IMG/VR virus record: IMGVR_UViG_3300021136_000003
Location: 1-64,000 of that record
Reading direction: 5' to 3' (one strand)
DNA from: a virus
Lineage: Duplodnaviria > Caudoviricetes
DNA: 64,000 nt
In this document: positions 9,733 to 19,179 of the stretch, piece after piece
How the letters are laid out: each line of letters begins with the position of its first letter
Position numbering within the stretch: the stretch's first letter is position 1
Translations under genes and position numbers: made by a program
The notes under the pieces: model-generated
What the model was told of the DNA's origin: nothing
What the model saw: the letters and a program-made list of their open reading frames with translations, nothing else
Database searches by the model: none

Positions 9733-9920
9733 TGGGAATTAGTGATGGAATCGATGTACGCATTGAATGCGTCAGTATCATCTGGCATTTTCTTCCAGTG
9801 CCCTTGATCAGCGCGGACAATCTCGACTAGGTCCTCAGTGAGGAATCCAGTATCGTTGTCCTTGTCCAGCCTCTCGAAAAGGGCTTTAGAAGATTCGGTG
9901 AGTATTTCTTTGATTTGCAT
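9729..9920 (-). CDS. Small acidic protein, possible antitoxin, with capsid-targeting-like N-terminus
   Basis: 63 aa, acidic, 4-nt overlap with toxin-like gene; starts MQIKEILTE. Confidence 0.5.
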   Translation of the reverse strand: MQIKEILTESSKALFERLDKDNDTGFLTEDLVEIVRADQGHWKKMPDDTDAFNAYIDSITNSQ

Positions 9921-9944
9921 GATGTATTTATCTCAATTAAAAGC

Positions 9945-9973
9945 ATTATACACCCGAATCCATTTATTGTCAA
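9945..9973 (-). promoter_or_regulatory. Sigma70-type promoter
   Basis: TTGACA-17-TATAAT. Confidence 0.85.
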
Positions 9974-9974
9974 C

Positions 9975-10562
9975 CTAGCGTTTGGTCATCACCTTGTCAG
10001 CCAGACCGTATTCCACGGCTTTCGCAGCAGACATAAAGTTGTCTCGCTCCATATCAGCGGCGAGTTCCTCGAAGCTCTTTCCGGCAGAATTGTGATCAAC
10101 ATAGATTTGGGTCAGAACCTTCTTCATCTCCAGAATCTCGTTGACTTGAATCAGCATATCAGTTGCCTTACCTTGTGCGCCACCACTGGGTTGGTGAATC
10201 ATATGACGGGCATTGGGCAGAATGAATCGCTTACCCTTCGCTCCTGCTTGAGCCAGAAGCGAACCCATTGAACATGCCTGACCCATAACGATTGTGGATA
10301 CATCTGGGCCGATAAACTGTATGGCATCGTAGATTGCCATACCGGCAGTGACAGAACCGCCGGGCGAGTTAATGTAAACAGAGATATCCTTTTTGTCATC
10401 TTCGGACTCAAGGAATAGAAGTTGGGCAACGACAAGGTTAGCCATTTGGTCGTGGACTTCACCCTCAAGGAGAATGACCCTATCTTTGAGGAGCCTACTA
10501 TAAATATCCAGGACCCGCTCTCCGCGACTCGACTGTTCTAATACCATTGGAACTAAATTCAT
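9975..10562 (-). CDS. clpP: ATP-dependent Clp protease proteolytic subunit
   Basis: [33 protein letters not shown]; start MNLVPMV. Confidence 0.95.
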   Translation of the reverse strand: MNLVPMVLEQSSRGERVLDIYSRLLKDRVILLEGEVHDQMANLVVAQLLFLESEDDKKDISVYINSPGGSVTAGMAIYDAIQFIGPDVSTIVMGQACSMGSLLAQAGAKGKRFILPNARHMIHQPSGGAQGKATDMLIQVNEILEMKKVLTQIYVDHNSAGKSFEELAADMERDNFMSAAKAVEYGLADKVMTKR

Positions 10563-10622
10563 AATACTCGCTTTCTTAATGTTAGTGTTGTAGATAAATA
10601 AGTATAACATAAGGAGAATACT

Positions 10623-11402
10623 ATGTCAAATGTTTCCGGAGTATATCAGATAACTTTAATTGAAGATGGGCGAATCTATATCGGCAGTGCGGCCAATATT
10701 ACTCATCGATGGAAATGGCATCGAAATAGTCAGGTACAATTAATAGGCAAAATGATTAAGAAATATGGTAAGGAAGCGTTCTCCTTCAAAGTATTGGAGG
10801 AAGTAGAGCCCATTAAAGAACGACTAGAAGAAAGAGAACAATACTATTTGGATATGTTGCAACCGTTTCCCTGGAATAATAACAGAGGGTTCAATCTTGC
10901 GCCCGTTGCATATACTCCTCTGGGCATAAAACGGTCAGAAGAAACTAGACAAAAAATGAGGGACAGTTGGCATAAAAATCGTGGGGAAGCGTATTACAAA
11001 CAATTAAGTGAGCGATCTACCGGCGATACTAATCCTGCCAAGAGGCCCGAGGTTAGGGAGAAGATATCAAAGGCCAGGACCGGTCAGACCTGGAAAGAAG
11101 ATGCTGACAGAGTTATTCGTCATAAAGAAGCTCGGCTAGGAAAATCTTTTTCCGCTGCGGCAAAGTTAAATATGTCAGTGGCACAGCAGAAGAACAATAC
11201 TCGCTCACCAGAAGCCAAAGAAGCATTTTATTTGGCGCAGCGAAAGTTATATGAAATTACTGCACCTGATGGAGAGGTATTTCAAATATATAGTAGAGAA
11301 TTAAAGTTATTCTGCAAGGAAAAGAAGCTAACCTATTCAAATTTAATTAGCTCCAACGGAAAACCGTATAAAGGTGGATGGTTAGCGCGAAAAATCGGTT
11401 AA
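10623..11402 (+). CDS. GIY-YIG homing endonuclease with NUMOD3-like repeats
   Basis: SGVY...[17 protein letters not shown]; AAGGAG RBS; upstream TAAATA. Confidence 0.85.
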   Translation: MSNVSGVYQITLIEDGRIYIGSAANITHRWKWHRNSQVQLIGKMIKKYGKEAFSFKVLEEVEPIKERLEEREQYYLDMLQPFPWNNNRGFNLAPVAYTPLGIKRSEETRQKMRDSWHKNRGEAYYKQLSERSTGDTNPAKRPEVREKISKARTGQTWKEDADRVIRHKEARLGKSFSAAAKLNMSVAQQKNNTRSPEAKEAFYLAQRKLYEITAPDGEVFQIYSRELKLFCKEKKLTYSNLISSNGKPYKGGWLARKIG

Positions 11403-11403
11403 G

Positions 11404-12960
11404 TCACCGTTTACGCATCGACCTGCCGACGCCCGCAGTCGGTTCAGCCGTGGCCTGCCGCGTGGCTGGTTTAGCTTTGCGAGGTGCGCTACCTGTTGCA
11501 ATTTCTTCAGCGCCAGCTGCGAAATCTTCTTCAGATTCTACATCATCTACCTCAGCAACCCCTGGATCACTGCTGACACTTCCGTCTGTCCGACCAAGTT
11601 TGAAGCACAATCCTCCCGCTTTAGGATCAACTGCACTGCACTTATTCTCACATGAAATATGTCCATCTAACTTAGCCGGCCATTGTGTTGCGAAATATAA
11701 TACTCCTCCCTTATAATCAGTGTATTGTTGGATGAAGTTCATTTCCAGAATCTCCAGAACTGCTTCTTGGAAACCGGGGATGGCTTCATTTTCATTAATT
11801 GCATTCGCCACATCCTTCTTGACAAGATAGACTAGCTTCCCGCCGTCGCTTGCATCCTTGCTGGAGATTTCACTGACCAGACTTTGAAATACTTTAGGCA
11901 ACGCAGATGGAAATCCGCCCTTCTTATTGCTGATGCTGTCATCACACATCTTTGCTATGTCAGGATAGTTGTCTGCCCACGGTAGAAATTTCAGATACTT
12001 CTTCGGCAGCACGGTTGGTTGGTTCTGAAATATCAGGTCCATAGCCTCGAATCCTTGTACGATTGTACCTGGCACGCCGCCCTTCGGTTTTGGCTTCTTA
12101 CAAATATCAATGAACTCAACGATCACTTCGTATTCGGGATCTGTCAACATCCTGTCAGGAACCTTCAAACCTGATATAGCGGGCGCAGCGCCGCCGCCGG
12201 TACCCTTGCTGGAGATATTTAATGTATGGTTGGTTGTTCCGTTAGTGATACTTGCGTAACTGTCTGCAATATTGTTGTTTGATCCTTCGGGGAAATTGAT
12301 AACTAATTCACCAATATCAGCACCTAGCCATTCAGTAAATTTTGCTTTGGCAGGAAACCGAGTCTGATTGTACAACAAGGCCAACACTCCGAGATACTCC
12401 CCGGCGTAGTCAACGATAGCTTTGCGTACTTTTTCTTTCTTCTGATACTCTTCCGGAAGCATAACAATTTCGCCGGCCCTGATGTATTCAGCTAGCTGGA
12501 TAACTACTTTGCCATATTCTGTGCTGTTCAACACAGGGTTGCTGACAATTTCATCATATAGTTCATGTGCTGCAATATTTCGGTTAACAATCTGAATATC
12601 TTTGGGCTTAACTACAAGTGCTTCTTTGCCGGCAGTGTCGGCTCCAGCGCCTGCTGTTATTGCACTGCCGCCGAAGTCAGAAGTCTTTGCAAACTTACTA
12701 AGCGGAATTTCAAGATCATCAGTTGTTCTGGCAGCAAGATTACCCTTGAAGTTGTTTGCAATTTTAAGATCCGTGAAGCGTTTAGCCTCGCGAGGATCGA
12801 TGGTAACTTCTCCGCCATCTAGCAGTGTAAAGGGTTGACGAGCCTTGATCTTTTCGATGAACTTTTCAAAGCGGCCCGGGCGACTATTGATTTCGCCGGC
12901 TGACAGTTTTCCCGGGGCTTCCGTGAGGGTTTGTATTAGATTGAGTAAATTTCGCATCAT
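11404..12960 (-). CDS. Large protein, possible PD-(D/E)xK-like nuclease with capsid-targeting-like N-terminus
   Basis: GEYLG...ADSY...ISSKG spacing; MMRNLLNLIQTLTE start directly after ATAAATAC. Confidence 0.4.
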   Translation of the reverse strand: MMRNLLNLIQTLTEAPGKLSAGEINSRPGRFEKFIEKIKARQPFTLLDGGEVTIDPREAKRFTDLKIANNFKGNLAARTTDDLEIPLSKFAKTSDFGGSAITAGAGADTAGKEALVVKPKDIQIVNRNIAAHELYDEIVSNPVLNSTEYGKVVIQLAEYIRAGEIVMLPEEYQKKEKVRKAIVDYAGEYLGVLALLYNQTRFPAKAKFTEWLGADIGELVINFPEGSNNNIADSYASITNGTTNHTLNISSKGTGGGAAPAISGLKVPDRMLTDPEYEVIVEFIDICKKPKPKGGVPGTIVQGFEAMDLIFQNQPTVLPKKYLKFLPWADNYPDIAKMCDDSISNKKGGFPSALPKVFQSLVSEISSKDASDGGKLVYLVKKDVANAINENEAIPGFQEAVLEILEMNFIQQYTDYKGGVLYFATQWPAKLDGHISCENKCSAVDPKAGGLCFKLGRTDGSVSSDPGVAEVDDVESEEDFAAGAEEIATGSAPRKAKPATRQATAEPTAGVGRSMRKR

Positions 12961-12964
12961 GTAT

Positions 12965-13450
12965 TTATCTGAAACTCTGTGTTCTGAACCATTTATTCCT
13001 TCGATGCCACTTCTTCAACGAGATACCGTGTTCCGCTAGCTTATCTCTGTACTCAAAGAAGGACGGTCCATGTGTCATGATCCGGTCTTTACCTTGTTCC
13101 AGTCGTTTGACTCCGTCTAAATCCCATTGTGCTTGGTGGCACATTTCATGGGCAAGTATTGTGATGAACCACTGTTTACAATAGAACTTGTCCATCAGTT
13201 CAATCCAGCATAGAGTTTTGCGATACTTGATCTTCTCATGCTCACCGTGACACATTCCCCAATACTTACGACGATGTGACTTTACTATTATCTCTGGAAG
13301 AGACAGAGCATTGTCGAAAACTTCTTCATTGATTATTTTGAATATCTTTATTGCTTCGGATTTAGTAGTTCTGTATGCAAGTCTTTTCTGATGTGATAAC
13401 GGGGGCAGCGGTTCCTGCATCAAATTCCAAAGTTTAGATTCGTTCATCAT
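12965..13450 (-). CDS. SprT-like zinc metalloprotease
   Basis: INEEVFDN.L, LAHEMCH, HGPSF. Confidence 0.8.
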   Translation of the reverse strand: MMNESKLWNLMQEPLPPLSHQKRLAYRTTKSEAIKIFKIINEEVFDNALSLPEIIVKSHRRKYWGMCHGEHEKIKYRKTLCWIELMDKFYCKQWFITILAHEMCHQAQWDLDGVKRLEQGKDRIMTHGPSFFEYRDKLAEHGISLKKWHRRNKWFRTQSFR

Positions 13451-13511
13451 CTATTTAGTAAAAAGTTTTTAGATTGTTCCGACGATAAATATAGTATTAG
13501 GAGACATTAAT

Positions 13512-13835
13512 ATGTGGGATTTTTTAAAACGTTTTATAGGTTATCCAACCCAAGCTCAACCAGTTGCACCGTACAAGGTTGAGGCAACCGTCGTTGAGGC
13601 AACCAAGTGTGGTTGCGGCCGCAGCCCTTCGGGTTACTGCACCGGACTGCACAAGTTAAGCGATGCAGAGTGGGAAGCAAAGCAGACTGCCGATAACCCA
13701 ATGACGCGCCTTGCGCCTGAAGTTGAAGCAAGAGTAATCGCGGCCGCAGGTCCTGCTCCTAAGGTCAAGAAGGTCGTTAAGGCTAAGCCAGCAGCAATGA
13801 AAGTTGCGAAACCAAAAGCACCAAAAGCTAAGTAA
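13512..13835 (+). CDS. CDGSH-like Fe-S motif protein with Lys/Ala/Pro-rich tail
   Basis: CGCGRSPSGYCTGLH; AKP-rich C-terminus; AGGAG RBS. Confidence 0.65.
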   Translation: MWDFLKRFIGYPTQAQPVAPYKVEATVVEATKCGCGRSPSGYCTGLHKLSDAEWEAKQTADNPMTRLAPEVEARVIAAAGPAPKVKKVVKAKPAAMKVAKPKAPKAK

Positions 13836-13838
13836 GTT

Positions 13839-14522
13839 ATGGAGGGAATCGGATTCGATGTAATAAGTGATCTTCACCTTACACCGACCGATCCATTTAG
13901 CTGGGAAGGCAAAGCAACCAGTCTGTATTGCATTGTGGCAGGCAACATCGGCAGCGATATACGAACTATATATCAGGTGCTGGATATATTGTCACATTTC
14001 TACCAAGGGGTATTCTATGTTCCCGGTTCTGCCGAGTACAAAGATGCGCCGAACATAGCATTACGCACACAGGAAATCACCGCGATATGTAAGCGTATCC
14101 GCAACGTGGCCCTGCTTCACAACAACGTTGTTATCATCGACGGAGTCGCAATCATGGGAGCGAATGGTTGGTATGGTCAACCTTTACCTGACAGTGAATT
14201 AAATGCAGTCAGACAGTTTGAAGATATTTCGTATCTTGGACAGAGTCTGGAGAAACTTCAATTGCACCAGGATGTGAAGAAGATTGTCATAGTGACTAAT
14301 TCCGTGCCAGACCCCGGGCTATACTTCGGTGAAGAAGATGATGAGATATACAATCAGTTGCCACCGAGTATCTGTCTTAGCAACGACACAGAGAAAAAAG
14401 TATCACACTGGGTGTTCGGCCATTATGGAAAAGTAGTTGACACCATGATAAATGATATCAACTACATTAACAATTCCTACTATAATCGCAACCCTTATTG
14501 GGCAAAGCGTATTTCTGTTTAG
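13839..14522 (+). CDS. Calcineurin-like metallophosphoesterase fold, degenerate
   Basis: SDLH and WVFGH present; GD, GNHE and HH motifs altered to GN, GSAE and NS. Confidence 0.65.
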   Translation: MEGIGFDVISDLHLTPTDPFSWEGKATSLYCIVAGNIGSDIRTIYQVLDILSHFYQGVFYVPGSAEYKDAPNIALRTQEITAICKRIRNVALLHNNVVIIDGVAIMGANGWYGQPLPDSELNAVRQFEDISYLGQSLEKLQLHQDVKKIVIVTNSVPDPGLYFGEEDDEIYNQLPPSICLSNDTEKKVSHWVFGHYGKVVDTMINDINYINNSYYNRNPYWAKRISV

Positions 14523-14525
14523 GGG

Positions 14526-14633
14526 ATAAATAGTAGGGTCAACAATGGAGAAAGGAATGGTAGAATCAATAAAGAAACTACAATTCCAATCGGATGGGTG
14601 CCTGGCAGAATTAAACGTCAGCCTCTACCCTAA
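14526..14633 (+). pseudogene. Homing-endonuclease remnant (promoter box plus C-terminal motif only)
   Basis: ATAAATA then VNNG...IPIGWVPGR, resembling the C-terminus of 53604-54251; no start codon. Confidence 0.55.
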
Positions 14634-14916
14634 CTTGTAGTGGGAAACTTTGTGCCCGCGCTGAAATAGTAACTTCAATACCACGCTGTTCTGCGATTTC
14701 ATACGGCAGAATAGCAACTACAGCACTGCCAGTTTCGTGAATACTCTTGGTAATCCCTGCGGCAGTGTCTTCGTTGTAGTTGAAGTAATCAATTAATGTT
14801 TCAACCACGAAGTTCATGGTCGTGACTTCATCATTAACGTAGATAACTTTGAACAGAGGCGGTTCAGCCAATGCCAGATTAGGTTTGATTTTTGTTTTGA
14901 TTTCTGTTTTAGCCAT
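14611..14916 (-). CDS. clpS: ClpS N-degron adaptor
   Basis: PPLFKVIYVNDEVTTMNFVV...IH..GSAVV...EIAE...FPL. Confidence 0.9.
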   Translation of the reverse strand: MAKTEIKTKIKPNLALAEPPLFKVIYVNDEVTTMNFVVETLIDYFNYNEDTAAGITKSIHETGSAVVAILPYEIAEQRGIEVTISARAQSFPLQVRVEADV

Positions 14917-14930
14917 GATGTTTCCTTAGT

Positions 14931-14963
14931 TAAAAATGTGAGCGACAGTGTTGCCGCTCACAT
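14931..14963 (-). terminator. Intrinsic terminator after hsp20
   Basis: ATGTGAGCG...CGCTCACAT stem followed by T-run on minus strand. Confidence 0.7.
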
Positions 14964-14970
14964 CATTATA

Positions 14971-15426
14971 CTATTTAGTGTAGGTAATAGCAATACTCTT
15001 GGGCTTACTCTCTTCCGGAATCACACGTTCAAGACTGATTGTGAGAATACCGGCTTCGGTTGCAGCACCGCTGACTGAAACATGTTCAGCAAGAGTGAAT
15101 GTACGCTCAAACGAACGGGAACTGATTCCGTGAACTAAGTACACTGTTTCAGAATCTAAATCGCTGATTGTTTTTGCTTTGTTACCCTTAACGGATAGTT
15201 GATTTTTCTCAAGCACTACTTCGATATCGCCTTCTTTGAATCCGGCCACAGCCAATTCAATGCTAAAACTATTCTCGTTGTGTTTGACCACGTTGTATGG
15301 TGGATAAGAAGTGTTAGATTGAAGATCGTGTGATCGCATTAATTCATCGAACATGGAATCGAAACCGATACCGAATTTGTGAATTGAGGGAATGTCGAGG
15401 GACCTGAGGGATAAAGTGCGTGTCAT
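14971..15426 (-). CDS. Small heat shock protein (Hsp20/IbpA-like)
   Basis: IGFD, YPPYN, IELAVAGF, GIS.RSFERTFTLA, GILTI.L. Confidence 0.95.
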   Translation of the reverse strand: MTRTLSLRSLDIPSIHKFGIGFDSMFDELMRSHDLQSNTSYPPYNVVKHNENSFSIELAVAGFKEGDIEVVLEKNQLSVKGNKAKTISDLDSETVYLVHGISSRSFERTFTLAEHVSVSGAATEAGILTISLERVIPEESKPKSIAITYTK

Positions 15427-15539
15427 GTTATTTCTCCTATTAAGCAAGTTATGACTTGAGCAACCCGACTATCGGCATTGCTCATAAGTATTTATTATAA
15501 CAGAACCGTCTAAAATATTCTACTATTTAGGGCAAATAG

Positions 15540-15622
15540 ATAAATAAAAGTGAGAGCCACGGAAGTGAGATTCCCGCCCTCTCTAATACTACACAGGAGT
15601 ATCAGCATGATTATTTATCTAT
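15540..15622 (+). promoter_or_regulatory. Conserved structured leader of GIY-YIG gene (copy 1 of 4)
   Basis: ATAAATA-GT-stem-CRC-GGAA/TTCC-stem-TCTAA-hairpin containing AGGAG-TCAGC-ATG. Confidence 0.8.
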
Positions 15623-16104
15623 ACAAAAAGACCCACTCTATTACTGGGCTAAGTTATTTGGGGAAAACAACTCGGGACCCAATGAAGTACAAAGGATCAG
15701 GTACTTATTGGTTACGACATTTAAAAACCCACGGTAATACCGTAACTACCGAGATACTGAGAGAATGTTCCACTACAGACGAGGTTACTAAATGGGGAAT
15801 TTATTATAGTAATCTGTGGGAAGTAGTATCCTCAAGTAGTTGGGCAAACCTAAAACCAGAGTCCGGTGATGGTGGTAGTGCTGGTGGTGTTAACAAAAAA
15901 ATAGAAACAAAACGTAAAATCTCTAAGTCTATGTTAGGTCGCACTGCCCATAACAAAGGAGAGAAACAGCCACATCGCCCTCACTCACCGCGCAGTGACC
16001 GCGGGGTATGTCGTGGTCCTAAACCAGTAAAACAATGCCCACATTGTGGCCGAATTATTGATGTTGCGAACTATTCTCGTTATCACGGAGATAAGTGTAA
16101 ATAG
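15607..16104 (+). CDS. GIY-YIG homing endonuclease (Seg-like) with CPHC tail
   Basis: IYLY.KTH..TGL.YLG, YKGSG.YW, WANLKPE.G.GG; start revised to 15607. Confidence 0.85.
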   Translation: MIIYLYKKTHSITGLSYLGKTTRDPMKYKGSGTYWLRHLKTHGNTVTTEILRECSTTDEVTKWGIYYSNLWEVVSSSSWANLKPESGDGGSAGGVNKKIETKRKISKSMLGRTAHNKGEKQPHRPHSPRSDRGVCRGPKPVKQCPHCGRIIDVANYSRYHGDKCK

Positions 16105-16112
16105 TAGACTAC

Positions 16113-17312
16113 TTAGGGTAAACCAACCACTTTAGGATTCAACACCTGATCACGATTGATGTTTAGTTCGGTGACATTGTTGTCCCGATATTTCTTTGTG
16201 TGATACATATGGGTCATCAGCACCTTCTCAATCTCAGTGTGAAGACCTCGGGCACCTGTGTTCAGCTTGATTGTGTTGTCAGCAAGTTGTTCAATCGCAT
16301 CTGGAGTGAATGTCAGTGCAATGTTATCAACGCCTAGCAGGTATGTGTATTGCTCAATGTAGTTGTTCTTGACCTTTGTCAGAACTTCAATCAATTCTTC
16401 TTTGTTCAGGTTAGATACACTTGTTGTTGTGGTGAATCGTCCGATGAACTCTGGAATCATTCCGAACTTTGTCAGATCGTCAGGGGTCACCTGGGTAAGA
16501 TCACCTTCTTTATGTTTGTCTTTGATCATAGCACCGAATCCGATGCTGGTGCCGTTCAATCTGCTGTCAACAATCTCCTTGAGTCCGACAAAAGCGCCGC
16601 CGCCGATAAAGAGAATGTTCTTTGTGTTGACTTCAACCATGTCACCGCCGGGATGCTTACGACCCCCCGTAGCTGGTACACGACACACTGTTCCTTCGAC
16701 AAGTTTCAACAGTGCTTGCTGAACGCCTTCACCTGATACATCGCGGGTGATGCTTGAACTTTCACTCTTACGTGCAATCTTATCGATTTCGTCAACGAAG
16801 ACAATGCCGCGTTCAGCTAGGGCTTTGTCACCACCTGCTGCGTTCAACAACATGCTGATCATCGATTCAACATCATCACCGACATAACCTGCTTCGGTCA
16901 ATGACGTAGCATCAGTGACAACGAATGGAACCTTCAGATATTTTGCAACTGTCTTGGCCAGTAGAGTCTTGCCAGAACCAGTAGGGCCGATCAGCAGCAC
17001 ATTACCTTTGGTGATATCAAGATGCTTCGGTGGGTGATTCACTCGCTTGTAGTGATTAGCAATCGCCACGCTTAGAACCATCTTGGCGTTGTCTTGCCCG
17101 ATGATGTGATCGTCAAGAAACGACTTGATCGATTCCGGATCGTATCGGACCTCTTCTTTGTCTGTAGATTCGACTGAGGTGTCGTCCAGGATAAGAGAAT
17201 CGCATAGTTCGACACAATCGCTACAGATAGCGACGGACTCACCTACGATTAATTTTTTAACGGAATCTTTATGATTGCCGCAGAATGAACAATGACTGAT
17301 TTTGTCTGACAT
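16113..17312 (-). CDS. clpX: ATP-dependent Clp protease ATP-binding subunit
   Basis: CSFC zinc finger, [36 protein letters not shown] loop, GARGL. Confidence 0.95.
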   Translation of the reverse strand: MSDKISHCSFCGNHKDSVKKLIVGESVAICSDCVELCDSLILDDTSVESTDKEEVRYDPESIKSFLDDHIIGQDNAKMVLSVAIANHYKRVNHPPKHLDITKGNVLLIGPTGSGKTLLAKTVAKYLKVPFVVTDATSLTEAGYVGDDVESMISMLLNAAGGDKALAERGIVFVDEIDKIARKSESSSITRDVSGEGVQQALLKLVEGTVCRVPATGGRKHPGGDMVEVNTKNILFIGGGAFVGLKEIVDSRLNGTSIGFGAMIKDKHKEGDLTQVTPDDLTKFGMIPEFIGRFTTTTSVSNLNKEELIEVLTKVKNNYIEQYTYLLGVDNIALTFTPDAIEQLADNTIKLNTGARGLHTEIEKVLMTHMYHTKKYRDNNVTELNINRDQVLNPKVVGLP

Positions 17313-17370
17313 GATATTACTTATCTCGGTTATTGTGCTGTTTATATTTTAACATAACTTCGATTTAATA

Positions 17371-18891
17371 TCAAGTGTTTTGGTTCGTCAGATATTCTTC
17401 TATTTGTTGCTTTTCATTTGCTGAAAGCAGTTGGACATCGTATTCGCCTTGATCGATTTTTGCGACGAGGTACTTGATGTATTCCTGATCGTAAAGATAA
17501 GTCGTAGTCTGATCCTTGTTCACCATGATCCACTTGTCACCGTTGAACTTGTACACGCGATTAGGCAGCACATCAACACGGACAAATACATCACCTGGAC
17601 GAGCGACTTCGGGGAAGTGTGTGCCGAAGTTAGTGGAACTCTTTCTGTCGCCGTCAACTTGCAGGAATAAGTCTGGTCTAAGGTCTCGCAGCACATCTCT
17701 GTTCATTTGTTTGCCATGATACGATACATACCCGCTAGACAGTTCTTTATACTCAGCTTCCTTAGTGACACCTTCAGTTTCGATAGGATGATCATCTAAT
17801 ACAACAAGCTCGGGTAACGGTTCGATTTCTGCCGGTTTCTCTACTTCAATTAACTCTAATTCCGGTTCAGGTTCAGGAGCCGGCCGGTGATAGACTTGAG
17901 GTGGCACCGTGCTGGTAGCAGTGCGGTCAGGAACCACATTTAAATACGGGTGAAGTTCAGCAAGTGTTTTCTGAAAAGCTTCCTCTTCGGGATCGGGCCT
18001 GTATAGCTCCATTGGAATAACAGATTCCTTGATTTGCTCAACTTGATCATCGGTGAGCGGGCCGTCATCTGGCTCGTATACTGTGCGTTCAATAGGTCCG
18101 GGTTCATCGGACTCAGGTTGTTCCAGGTCCCAATCCTTACTCTGATTAGCAGCAAGGATCAATGCGATAGCCAGAGGATCAAACACCAGAACCAGTAGAA
18201 TGATAACCCAGCGCACAGCTTTTTCCAGAATGTTCTGATCAGGATTGTCACCATAGATCATTGCAGCGATATACTTAATCGGGCCCACTTCCGCTTCAAC
18301 TTTACGCAACTGACTGGCAATCGGTGCCCGTTCTTCGTTCAGCTTACCTATGTTCGTGTTAGCCGCTTCGATTTCTTTTTGAAGCTTGCCGCGTTCTGAT
18401 GCCTGTTGGCGCCTGATTTGGACACTTCGTGCAGCACTCGTTTCTGTGTCACCCTTGATCATCACATTGTTAACTTGGAGATCCATTTGCGCCAGGGCTT
18501 CTCTGGACGACTTGATATTCTCTCGTTGCGTTTTTACCTTTTCGTCAATAAGCGCAACCTTAGCAGAAACATCACCGGTGCCAATGCCTTGATCCAAGTG
18601 ACTCTTACTAAGGAACCCGAAGATACCCATGCTAGTAATAAGTGCCAGAATGATAACGGACGGAACCAGATAGGATTTCATCAACAGACTACATCGTGCC
18701 CAGTATGTGCGAAGCCAGACAGTTGTGGTGATCTTTGAAATCTCCAGAATGATACCCATCACGACGATTGGGATCACTGCACCAGCAAAGATAGCGGTCA
18801 GCCCGATGATACTATAATAGGCAGCAACGGCGGATAGCGCCAAGGCAACTATCAGTGTAAGATTGGGGAGAGAAAGGAATTTAGGGCGCAT
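17371..18891 (-). CDS. Membrane-anchored coiled-coil protein
   Basis: Three N-terminal hydrophobic helices, long coiled coil, further TM segment, acidic Pro-rich region. Confidence 0.7.
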   Translation of the reverse strand: MRPKFLSLPNLTLIVALALSAVAAYYSIIGLTAIFAGAVIPIVVMGIILEISKITTTVWLRTYWARCSLLMKSYLVPSVIILALITSMGIFGFLSKSHLDQGIGTGDVSAKVALIDEKVKTQRENIKSSREALAQMDLQVNNVMIKGDTETSAARSVQIRRQQASERGKLQKEIEAANTNIGKLNEERAPIASQLRKVEAEVGPIKYIAAMIYGDNPDQNILEKAVRWVIILLVLVFDPLAIALILAANQSKDWDLEQPESDEPGPIERTVYEPDDGPLTDDQVEQIKESVIPMELYRPDPEEEAFQKTLAELHPYLNVVPDRTATSTVPPQVYHRPAPEPEPELELIEVEKPAEIEPLPELVVLDDHPIETEGVTKEAEYKELSSGYVSYHGKQMNRDVLRDLRPDLFLQVDGDRKSSTNFGTHFPEVARPGDVFVRVDVLPNRVYKFNGDKWIMVNKDQTTTYLYDQEYIKYLVAKIDQGEYDVQLLSANEKQQIEEYLTNQNT

Positions 18892-18898
18892 CTAGTAT

Positions 18899-19108
18899 TT
18901 AGTCTTTTTCCTTCTTGGGTCTGAATAAATGTCCGAATGTGGACACAAACTCAACCATGGTCATGACTAACTTACGCGGAATACCCGGCCCTTGTTGTAC
19001 ATGATAGGTGACGAGTTGTTCACCCTCGTCCCTATCTTTGATCTGCATGACAGCTATTGAACTGCCATCTTCAAATACATGAATCTTGCCTACGAGGTTA
19101 TCCATATG
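18899..19108 (-). CDS. Hypothetical phage protein
   Basis: ORF; start uncertain. Confidence 0.55.
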   Translation of the reverse strand, partial: HMDNLVGKIHVFEDGSSIAVMQIKDRDEGEQLVTYHVQQGPGIPRKLVMTMVEFVSTFGHLFRPKKEKD

Positions 19109-19179
19109 CACCTGACATGTCGTAAACTTCATTGATTTTCATATTGTTTCTCATTATTCTCATTTGTCAGAATGAGATA

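Noticed and set aside
15550-15606. N-terminal extension MRATEVRF on the GIY-YIG ORF
   Set aside because: It resembles the MRAxE leaders by coincidence; the region is the structured leader, and the RBS supports the ATG at 15607.
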